In this document: positions 48,301 to 56,911 of the stretch, piece after piece | Layout of the letters: each line of letters opens with the position of its first letter | Numbering within the stretch: position 1 is the first letter of the stretch | NCBI GenBank assembly: GCA_004764695.1 | Contig: SMSO01000033.1 | Span: 1,178,001 to 1,242,000 of the forward strand | Direction: 5' to 3' | Length of the DNA stretch: 64,000 bases | Source of the DNA: Schizochytrium sp. TIO01 | Lineage: Eukaryota > Protista > Bigyra: Labyrinthulomycetes | Translations under genes and position numbers: made by a program | Notes under the pieces: model-generated | Told to the model about the DNA's origin: nothing | The model's database searches: none | The model's input: only the letters and a program-made list of their open reading frames with translations

Positions 48301-50072
48301 CTAAGCGCGTACTGCGTCAACAAAAAATTGATATCGGTGTCAAAAGACAGAGTCGTGCTACAATGGTATACCCTCGCAATAACCCTGATACAATTGTGAC
48401 GGTCAAGCAGAACGGTGTTCTGTATTCTTTTGATATGGAGAAGTGCATGTTTTCTTCTGGCAACATTTCTGAGAAACAGCGTGTCGCCAAGTTTCCTTGC
48501 GACAAGGAGGTGGTCGTAGATATGTTTGCTGGAATTGGCTATTTTACGCTCCCTTATCTTGTCAAGGCAAATGCAGTTCATTTGCATGCGTGTGAATGGA
48601 ATTCAGATGCTCTTGCAGCATTACGAAACAACCTTCAGCTGAACGGCGTCGAGAGGCGTTGCACAGTTTACGCTGGTGATTGTCGCGTCTCTGTTGAGCA
48701 GTCACTGCAGGGCGTTGCTGATCGCGTAAACCTGGGTCTCATTCCATCCTCCCGGCCCTTTTGGTCGACCGCAATGAAGGCGCTGAACCAGCAAAGTGGT
48801 GGATGGTTGCACATTCACGAGAATGTCGCACGTAAAGAACGCGACGAATTTGTAAAGGAGATGATTGAGACACTACGCCAATGGGCCCCAGAGGAGTGGG
48901 TCATCACATGCAATCACGTTGAGCGTGTCAAATCCTATAGCCCCCATGTCGATCACATCGTTGCTGACGTATTCTGTGGACCTAAAGACGACGCCCGTGC
49001 TAATGCTACTTCGTTCTCGGCAACATTGTCGAAAAATGCTGTTCCGGGTGTGCTTCGTGCCCCCCAACCGGGTGATAACGAGCCTCTTCCCGTCGTGAAG
49101 ATGCCCTACCCGCGTACGCAGAAAGAGATGGAAGCTATTTTTGCTTTAGATAAGCCAGTTGTTCTGGAAAATGTTCCTTCCTTTAACTCTTCATTTTGGA
49201 GTCTTCAGAACTTGAAGGAGTTCTGTAAGAGTCACTCAAATACCGGCGAACAAAAAGTTAGCGTGCATGTAGCAGATGATCCTCACCTGAGCTTTGTTCG
49301 TAAATCATTTCGGTTTGAGGTCACAAACCTACAAGATCTTATTCAGCAAGTTTCGCAAGCGGGTGCCCCTGCAACTTACTTGCGTGCTGTAGGACCTAAT
49401 GCACGCAAAGAGCGTGCTCATTTTTGGAAAGACTTTGCGGAGCTTGCAACGGCATCTGGTCTTGAATTTCCGCATCTTTTTGTTGAGGATAAGGCTGGTT
49501 CTGAAACCTCTCAGCAAAACAAGCCTCCTAGCCGATACTTTTCTTCTGTCTTTCGTATTTCAACGCCTGGTCTTCAATTGTGGACCCATTATGACGTTAT
49601 GGCAAATGTATTGTATCAACTGCATGGCTCTAAACGTGTCGTAATCTTTCGACCGGAGGATGTAGGTAAACTGGATATGCGTGGGCCGACTTCTGCTGTT
49701 GTTGACATAGACAACCAGGCACCTGGTTCGCCTTTTGCTTGTGCAAGAGCTCGCGCTATGGAAGTGCATCTTGAGGCTGGACAAGCTCTCTACATGCCTG
49801 CATTATGGCCACATAATGCGTGTGCTAAGGATGAACCTAGTGTTGCAGTAAACGTGTTCTGGCGTTCTCTTGCCCCTCACTTTTATGGTGCGAAGGATTT
49901 GTACGGTAACCGTGATCCTCTTCGTGTTGAGGAGGCTCTCTCGCTTGTCCAGCGGGCTGGTGACATTCTCCAGGCCGCAGAAGATGATGGTTCTGTTTTG
50001 CCCAAGAGTTTTCAGCAATTCTATGCGGAGATGGCTGCCGCCTCATTGACCCGCCCTTTCTCTTCATCCTAA
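45363..50072 (+). CDS. tRNA-Phe wybutosine biosynthesis fusion: TYW3 - Kelch - duplicated Trm5/TYW2 N-domain - TYW2 (TRMT12) - TYW5-like JmjC
   Basis: TYW3 motifs DKSPKGSVD, TTSSCSGRV, EPFVLHVQC, SGMRESGI. Kelch repeats RWGQAS/FGG, RIKHSA/VFGGR, RWGHSM/VFGGR, RYGHTA/VYGG, RFSHGA/VVGG. TYW2 motifs CMFSSGNISEK, VVDMFAGIGYF, ADRVNLGLIPSS, GGWLHIHENV, VKSYSPHVDH. JmjC motifs LWTHYDVMAN, PALWPHN, DLYGNRD. First ATG at 45363. Confidence 0.93.
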   Translation: MAQSRSDVFDGHKAIVLAELAEMGSAEYSDKSPKGSVDAAVVDLVKDINASRDFVTTSSCSGRVSLFYEGEQSSSDKSDSEANADVQSQDLQISRQNDAVQLQIDDAEEINARQQQAPRKGQGRWLGVNHDRALSSQEVLEMLSSVENLGGTAVLKHEPFVLHVQCRDEISAQALLRVAMESGMRESGISLGQKKVMVGIRTLSNVLEVPLLVDGKSLMPEPAVEAMCQIAAEKFRINCEKRAAFHSNIRKFLKEYQASPQPQKPRAAPARGKTKKQLQQQQQQSEATTGTSNDSSNTVEHCLDWKELSQGADLLQRWGQASVPLPDGSAAIAFGGFGPCDGTSHERRNDVLSVVRQPSGDFVCSRVEPSGEPPSARIKHSACWLDAQSSMCVFGGRQSPHNALSDVALLRVDSPSSCSWTNIQISGEQVSGRWGHSMVGFSQNGGLSQAIVFGGRNADSVFNDVVCITISEDTQTTAHIETWLCSGTAPAPRYGHTAVLMGANQDQMVVYGGYATVGKQEAEAEASQNMLGGVHILSLSTRTWTTVCPHSPQMSRFSHGAVALDQTRMLVVGGVSIDYRNNGAKVFDLDTSRWTVVRSSEEYGSAWAPKAMHQKFSLVALPRGNNCVDVLALGGGNLCFSFGFCFGKSSYADASWLLSHSFVEDAIAVSASDAKTVKVCLEKNKLYDRSRKIVPYLHNGRTSVLAVPFMASEASQVKALVASTPSLQAVVRGIVHCPPPALAGAAPDASPGTKFTAQERVAEAKAKQHHKAGKTLTGPGIAVPAASCKICKSTLEQAGLYDKTRRVGKLENGLMGVPVRGNIEQAIAALASVGVIPDSGTESMELPKTPIPKQQTAMKKSRNVQAGSSSSASAVKSSTGSKGGKINSSTGAKGNNGGRAIKDQLRVWLEGLVTRTPALQLPSNEIMRSELPGRIELLGDVAIVPREAFRSESAWQPIFDAGKSQPEDCLWAMIAALTSAKRVLRQQKIDIGVKRQSRATMVYPRNNPDTIVTVKQNGVLYSFDMEKCMFSSGNISEKQRVAKFPCDKEVVVDMFAGIGYFTLPYLVKANAVHLHACEWNSDALAALRNNLQLNGVERRCTVYAGDCRVSVEQSLQGVADRVNLGLIPSSRPFWSTAMKALNQQSGGWLHIHENVARKERDEFVKEMIETLRQWAPEEWVITCNHVERVKSYSPHVDHIVADVFCGPKDDARANATSFSATLSKNAVPGVLRAPQPGDNEPLPVVKMPYPRTQKEMEAIFALDKPVVLENVPSFNSSFWSLQNLKEFCKSHSNTGEQKVSVHVADDPHLSFVRKSFRFEVTNLQDLIQQVSQAGAPATYLRAVGPNARKERAHFWKDFAELATASGLEFPHLFVEDKAGSETSQQNKPPSRYFSSVFRISTPGLQLWTHYDVMANVLYQLHGSKRVVIFRPEDVGKLDMRGPTSAVVDIDNQAPGSPFACARARAMEVHLEAGQALYMPALWPHNACAKDEPSVAVNVFWRSLAPHFYGAKDLYGNRDPLRVEEALSLVQRAGDILQAAEDDGSVLPKSFQQFYAEMAAASLTRPFSSS

Positions 50073-50451
50073 TTATAAAAAGCAAGTGCTAAGAGATAAT
50101 AATAGAATAAAAACTTTGAAAAAATAACTTATGGGCTCACAGTGCATCTGACTACCTGGATGTAGAGCACACAAGCGAACACCCCATGCAATAACAGTAG
50201 TAACAGTTTTTACTGTGATAGACAGATATAACAAATAAGAATAAAATAGAAGCTCAAATGAACATCAATTTGGAAAGCGTCAGCAGAATGACAATCAAAG
50301 AAGGTTCCACAAATACAAAAGAGACCAACTTTGAAATTCGACAAGATTCGATGGCCCAGGGCCTCCTTCAATCGAAAAAGCATCTTTAGGGCTAATGGTG
50401 ATATGAGATTGCTTGCCCTTGTTACGTAAACCTCTAAGATAATAATCACTC

Positions 50452-51810
50452 TTAGAACCAATCACCATAGCCCAAGTGTTGCAGGAATCCACCATCAATA
50501 CCCCAAGCAAAGTCAGGCTTGTCACGGCCTTCAGAATAGCCGCAATCATTGCACTTCATAGTACCAAAATGTTTGTATCCCCATCCAACCGTACGGCACT
50601 GACGGCACAGGATCCTTTTTATATACAAGACGAAGCTGAGTGAATTTTCCGTGAACCTCATCAGATAGATCATCTGACAAAGTACGAGGAGATCCGAAGT
50701 TAACGTAGGCCATCTTAGTCAGAGGCCATAGGCTATCCTTGTATAGCACATAGGCGAGCGCGTTGAGAATTCCGGCACCTCGAGAATAACCTGCGAGCAC
50801 AAGACGGTCATTTGAGTTGCACTTTGATTGGATTCTGCTCCAGATCCCACTGCGCATGCTATTATAAGCTTTCACAAAACCATCATAGCCTTCTTCGTAC
50901 TCTTTGTAAGTGCTGCATTGCTTGTACTTGGAGCACCACCACAAGGTGTAGCTCTCACATCCACAGCGTTCGCTGCGAATATTGTAGTTCTGAATGCTCT
51001 TGATGGGGTCAGAGCCTAGGTCAAAGTTTCCTACCCAATCCCCGACTGTGTTTCCACATATTAACAATTTCAATGTTAATGAGACTGTTTCTTTGCTTCT
51101 AAGAAACGACTTTGTTCATCTGTTAATTTAAATAACTTACGCTCGATGGAACTCTCTTCGGCAATTACCCAGCAGATCATTCCAGTGGTACCGTCAGATG
51201 TGCCGTAGATGTTGTCACTAGTGCGATACACTGTAGCTCGGTCACTTTTGTAGGTGACCGCATCCGGGTATGATGTAGTATCAATTTGCTTCCAGCCCTC
51301 AGTTCCGAGGCTATTCTGAGAGCTACTTAGGGCAAGTTCGCGATAGGCGTTGCGTCGAAGAGAAGGGACTGCAAGAAGCCGGCGCGAGTCGTCTTCGCTG
51401 TCGTCGTCACGCAAAATTTTCAGCGATTCCATTATTTCGCTTGTCATGAATTGGTCATCCCATGCCTCTGGGTCAGATTCATACATATCAAGCAAAGTAG
51501 TAATATTCTCACTTGTAAGGTTACCACCAAAAACAGGGTTTCCTTCATCAAGGTAGGCAGCCTTTAGCGTTGCGCGGGCCTGGGTAATGTCTGAAGCATC
51601 AGAGCTAGATGACTCAGCACCTGAATTGCTCTTGGCAGCAGCCTGGCCTCCAAGATAACCAAGTCCTCCAGCAAGACCAACAACTCCAAGTGCAGCAAAT
51701 ATCTTGGCTGCACGAAGCTTCCACCCTTTACCTGCGCTCGCATCATCATGCTCTTGAGATGAGTCATTCCCATGATTCGAGAAGGAGGGGTTCATTGTAC
51801 TCACTTCCAT
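50452..51810 (-). CDS. Class-3 (fungal-type) lipase paralog 1, N-terminally membrane anchored; exons 51810-51141 and 51045-50452; +1 frameshift at 50579-50582 (assembly error or pseudogene)
   Basis: Catalytic motifs GYSRG, FGSPR, DPVP and HLGY. Intron GTAAGT...CACAG at 51140-51046. The sequence ATG GGG A TAC AAA CAT has one extra G relative to the paralogs' MGYKHF. Removing it gives 420 aa. Confidence 0.85.
51046..51140 (-). other. 95-nt phase-1 spliceosomal intron of lipase 1
   Basis: GAG C|GTAAGT ... ATTAAC ... ACACAG|TC GGG GAT TGG gives ESSIELGDWVGN. Same position as in the paralogs. Confidence 0.9.
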
Positions 51811-53546
51811 GATTGCAACTCAATGGTTCAAGACTGGACAGATATGATTATTCAGAGTTCAATTCGAGATTTGCTGCACAGCTTGGCCACCTTTGGGCAC
51901 TCGCAGCTTGAGACACGGTCTTTTGAAGTTTTGCTGACACATTGAATGATGCCACAAGCTTTCCGTCTTTCCGTCAGTGCATTTATTGATATTCAGCAGC
52001 CTGCCGGGTTCATCCACATGTGCATTGCATTCTATGATATGGTATGTATGGTAATCATGTAAGAGAGCAACACCTAATGAGTGAGATTCTGATCATGAAA
52101 GGTATGTTTTAGATCTTTGGATCGTTTGCTGATAACAATTCCATTACTATACGGCACCCTCAACTTGGAATTACGTTTATTCCATAACAAAGATCTATAC
52201 CCAAAAGATTGGTCAAGCAAGTATCTATAAGCCGTTCCTTATTTAATTTTTATCAAAGTAATGTAGGTAGTCTTTGGCATCCACTGGCACGCGGCGTATG
52301 CATTTTTTTCCAATTTTTCGCTCTTAGTAAGTACCTACCTACCTACCTCCAAAGTTCTCAGAATCTTCGCAGACTCTCCGCATCAGTATCACATTTCATG
52401 GGGAAAGATTGCAAGTAGCAGAACTTGTTCCCGTACTCCAGGCCTCGCTGCTACCGTGGCCTTGCGGTAGCTTCGAGACAACGACTTTTAAAACCCTGGC
52501 AATACATTACTTCACATATGAGCATGAACGCCTTGGTATGGACGGCACGGCTTTTTTCGGGAGCGCAGCTCGCTCACTATGCCTCTTTTGTTTTTTTCCT
52601 TTTAAAAAAATAAACAAGCCTAGATAGTAGTTAGTATATACGAATTAAAGAGAAATTTCATCCATCGCTAGTTGACCCTCTTAGTTCGCACCGCAGTAGG
52701 TAGGTACTAGAAGTAGTGAGAACTTTCTCTCTAACGACTTAAGACATCGTTAGGGTGGTTCTCTCTCTTTGTTCGTGTTTCCCTATTTCAACTGTCCATT
52801 TGCTCTGCTAAGAAACTGCTATCATATGATTGCCACTGGCTAGATATGTAATTCAAACTAACCTTTCTTTATTTTTACTTTTTATTTTAAAATTAAAAAT
52901 TAATTGAAAATTGACTATTGTTTTCAATTTTAGGCTTACAACAAGCATTCGAATTCATTGCTCCGCGAACTCAAAGTTTGCTACAACTTGAGGGTGGATT
53001 CTTGTACGACACCACCGATACTTCTCCTTGCTCCTCGAATGCATGCATGGGCATTCCCCATAGTAATCCGTGCAGAAAGAAACGGACTGGTTTCAAGGCC
53101 GGCGGGCGGGAAGTACAACTTAAGTTCCAACTACATGAAATCCCTCATATCCTCCATTTCTCAAAGAAATAAAACAATGAAAACTGCAAGAATACTCGAA
53201 TACTGCTGCTTCGTAGTCCTGGAATCCTTCGATCTTTGCGGTTTCCAAGATCGCCAACGATCCGGACTCTCTGCTTGCGAGTAGGAAGTGAAGTATGGCA
53301 CTCGATCTTAATTGGACAAGCAAAACACGCACACGAAAACAACCAGAGGGAAGTTTCTCCGGACCTTGGCACGTGCTTACCTACAACTGCAAAAAACACT
53401 GAGACTGACAGGTCTCCGGGATTTTGAAGTTTGCCAGCAGGCTCCAATCCTCCCGTTAACGCCCAAACTAGTCAGTCCATACTTTGGGCGCGCGCCCATT
53501 ACGAGCTGCAGCCTGTCTCAATTTAACGAGTACGAGCAGGAGCACG

Positions 53547-53793
53547 TGCTTTGCTTTGCTTTGCTTTGCTTTGCTTTGCTTTGCTTTGCTTTGCTTTGCT
53601 TTGCTTTGCTTTGCTTTGCTTTGCTTTGCTTTGCTTTGCTTTGCTTTGCTTTGCTTTGCTTTGCTTTGCTTTGCTTTGCTTTGCTTTGCTTTGCTTTGCT
53701 TTGCTTTGCTTTGCTTTGCTTTGCTTTGCTTTGCTTTGCTTTGCTTTGCTTGTCATGCTTTGCTTTGCTTTGCTTTGCCACGCTTTGCTTTGC
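53547..53793. repeat. (TGCTT)n / (AAGCA)n pentanucleotide microsatellite, ~41 perfect copies plus a degenerate tail
   Basis: Perfect array from 53547 to 53751, then interrupted copies to ~53793. Confidence 0.97.
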
Positions 53794-55521
53794 GGTCCCA
53801 AACACGACAAGCTGTCTCCACGGAATCGTGAAAGCAAATGCAGGTTACATGCAAATGCCGGGCAATTCCAGTCATTTCGCATGCACGGATTGGCCCTTTC
53901 AGCGAGAGCTGGCGCGGCATCAGCTGCCGGATGCTGGCATTGCTGTTGCGCCACCGCCAAAGGACTCCGGCACAGACCAACAACGCCACGAGCTCGGCCT
54001 GACGGGAAGGGAACGAAAGCCTGCAAAGGCTCTGGAGAACTCTATCATAAAACTATCTATGAGAGAGTGGAAATCTGCAAAGATGCCCACCTGCCTACCT
54101 ACTTTCGTATTGAGACTTACAGCTGCAATGCAACAACGGTGACTCGATCAGCTCGAAGATTACTGTAAAGAACCCTTCGCAGATGAGACAGCGACTCGGG
54201 CCTTGGCAGCCAGAGGCGGTTTGAAGGAGGCTCGGAGCTTTGAAATTGCAAACTTGAAGGCATTGGAATCGCGGTCCGGCTGCGGCGGGTGCGAGATTCG
54301 TCGTGCCAATCAGACCCACAGACGGTCGGGAATGTGGAAGTGTGGGCTCGCGCCATTCTTTTTCACTGAAAAACAACCGCGGCCAGGACCGAGCAGGCAG
54401 ACCCTGAGTGGCTCTTGGTTGGCCTATCTGACCCTCGTGCAATATATCATGATGGATCCCGTCGAGACGGTTGCTGCGTGACACTGTTTCATCCCCATGG
54501 AAACCTTCTGATGCCCTTGTTTCAGGTCGCGAAGAAGAAGGTGCGCAGTTAAAGTTGCTTTGCTTTCTAAGCTTGCCTCTTTTTTTTTTCTTTTTCTCCA
54601 CATTTTTTTCACTTTTTCCCAAAATATTTTTTCCTCAAAGGCCGGAAAAGAGATGTTAGCAGTAGTAGCCAACTCTCGCAACTCCTTCAATATTTGATAA
54701 TTTTCTTAACTGGGTAGAAACTGAGGCCAAAACAATCAAGCAAGCAAATGGTAGCAGCCACAGTATAGAAGTGGATGTGTCAAAGCAGTACAAAGGAGTC
54801 GGCGAAGTACCTACCGAGCAACCAATTACGCAGGGGAATGAACATTCTTTCAGGTGAGTATGGTTTCTGGAGAACTTAGAGCAGGCTGCTGCTCTCTACA
54901 GTATCTGGGAAGGCCAAGGTGTGAGATCACTTTAGCACATGATCGAATTCACTTTTCTTTCTTTCTTTCTTTCTTTCTTTCTTTTTCCCTTTCTTATAGG
55001 ATAAATTTCTCGTTCTTTTCTCTTACACGAGGTACTACCTACCTACCTAGGAGACTTCTGTACTGGCCACTCGTTGTGATCGAAGAATGCCGCGCAATAT
55101 TTTGCAGGATTTTACTGGTGCCGAATACAACGTGAAAATCTTGCGCCTTCACTGAGATTATATGGGTTTATCTAAATTAATTATTATATTTTCCCTTAAT
55201 TCAATGAACAATGTGCTTGGTCCGAGACGCTATCACTTACATGGGAAACGCGGGATAGATATGCGATTGGAAATTCGTGGTTGAACTCATGCCGATTTAC
55301 TTGGAAATAACAAGGGGATGCGCCTGCAAGTGATCATAGAGATGAGAACGCTGGAGGAAATGACAAATAAAACAATACTTTAGAACAACTGAAATATTAG
55401 AAAGAGAAGAAAAACAAAAGAGTTGCCTGAATTATACCTGGGCAACAACAATAAGAACCATTTGACTTCTGTATCGAAGAGTCAAGGTTCTGGCGCAAGC
55501 ATGGAGTTCTGCTGCTCAGCT

Positions 55522-56911
55522 TTAAAACCAGTCACCGTAGCTGAGATGGTCCTCAATGCCGCCATCAACAAACCAGGACCAACTTGGTGCATCGCGACTT
55601 TCAGTGTAGCCACAGTTGTTGCATTTCATAGTACCGAAATGCTTGTAACCCATCCAGCCATAAGGAACCGAAGGAATGGGATCCAACTCGTAAACAAGGC
55701 GTAACTGCTCAAACTGCAAGTGCACCTCGTCAGAAAGATCATCACCAAGAGTACGCGGAGAGCCAAAGGTTACAAGTACAGTGTTGGTGAGGTTCCACAG
55801 ATCATCCTTGTAAACAATGTAGGCCATTGCATTCATGATACCGCCACCGCGAGAGTATCCAGCAAGCACCAAGCGATCATCAGTGCTGCAGTAGGTTCCC
55901 ACATTCTCCCAGATATCGAGCCTCATGGAGTTGAAGTTCTTCACAAAACCATCGTAACCATCGTCGTATGACTTGTAAGTTTCGCAAAGGTTGTACTTGG
56001 AGCACCACCACCAGGTGTATTTTTCACAGCCGCAAGACTCATCACGAATCTCATAGGTAGCAATGCTCATAAGGTCCTCGTCACCAACATCCAAGTTGTT
56101 AACCCAATCAGTCACTGTGTAAAGAAAAATCCAATTTGTATGTGGTAAAACGTGTTAGTTAGACAACTCAAGCAAAGGCGAAGCAAACCGGTCAATTCGA
56201 CCAAACTTACGACTGGTAGAGCTGCTTTCCTCAGCAATGATCCAGCAGATGTTTCCCGAAGTATCACCTTCGGTACCGTAGATGTTGTCTGTTGTCTGAT
56301 ACACAGTGACCCGATCTCCATCGTAGGATACAGCGTTCGGGTAGTCCGTAGTATCAATCTGATACCATGCTTCAGTACCTAATGCTGTCTGCTCAGTGCT
56401 GAGCGCAAGCTTACGATAGGCCTCGCGGCGCAATCCTGGGTTGGTCAGCAACCTCACGAGACTCAGAGTACTCGGAATCACGAAGAGCTTTGAATGCCTC
56501 CATAATTTCTGTCGTCATAAATTGATCATCCCAAGAATCAGGATCCTCTTCATATAATTCGAGGAGGGTGGTAATGTTGGCACTGGTGAGATTGGCAATT
56601 GCAGGGTTTGTTGGATCAAGGTATGCTGCATTCAAGACAGTGTAGGCCTCTGCCGTGGCTGACGAGACATCACTAGAGTCCGATGAAACTGTAGTGGATG
56701 AGCCGCTTGAGTTTGAGTACTTGCCAGCGACAAAGCCAACACCAATTGAGACTCCAAGTACGCCAAGCACAGCAAATGCCTTCAGCGCTTGCTTACGCCA
56801 GGAAGGCGAAGCAGATTCATCATGCGCCTTTTCAATTTGCAAAGGCTCACCTGCGAACGTAGGATTTCCTGCGACGATCTCGCTGCGATGATTAGAACTT
56901 AGTGCTGACAT
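55522..56911 (-). CDS. Class-3 lipase paralog 2; exons 56911-56211 and 56114-55522; +1 frameshift at ~56452-56455
   Basis: GYSRG, FGSPR, DPIP and EDHLSY motifs. TM segment AFAVLGVLGVSIGVGFVAG. In TCT CGT G AGG TTG CTG, removing one G gives SR(R/E)LLTNPGLRREAYRKLALS, collinear with the paralogs (430 aa). Confidence 0.85.
56115..56210 (-). other. 96-nt phase-1 spliceosomal intron of lipase 2
   Basis: AGT C|GTAAGT ... ACTAAC ... TTTTTCTTTACACAG|TG ACT GAT TGG gives SSSTSLTDWVNN. Confidence 0.92.

Noticed and set aside
53547-53793. Possible CRISPR array or telomere
   Set aside because: There are no spacers, the context is eukaryotic, and the array is internal and not a TTAGGG-type repeat.
53312-54168. 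ORFs with (LLCFA)n or (KQSKA)n repeats
   Set aside because: Artefacts of the stop-free TGCTT microsatellite.
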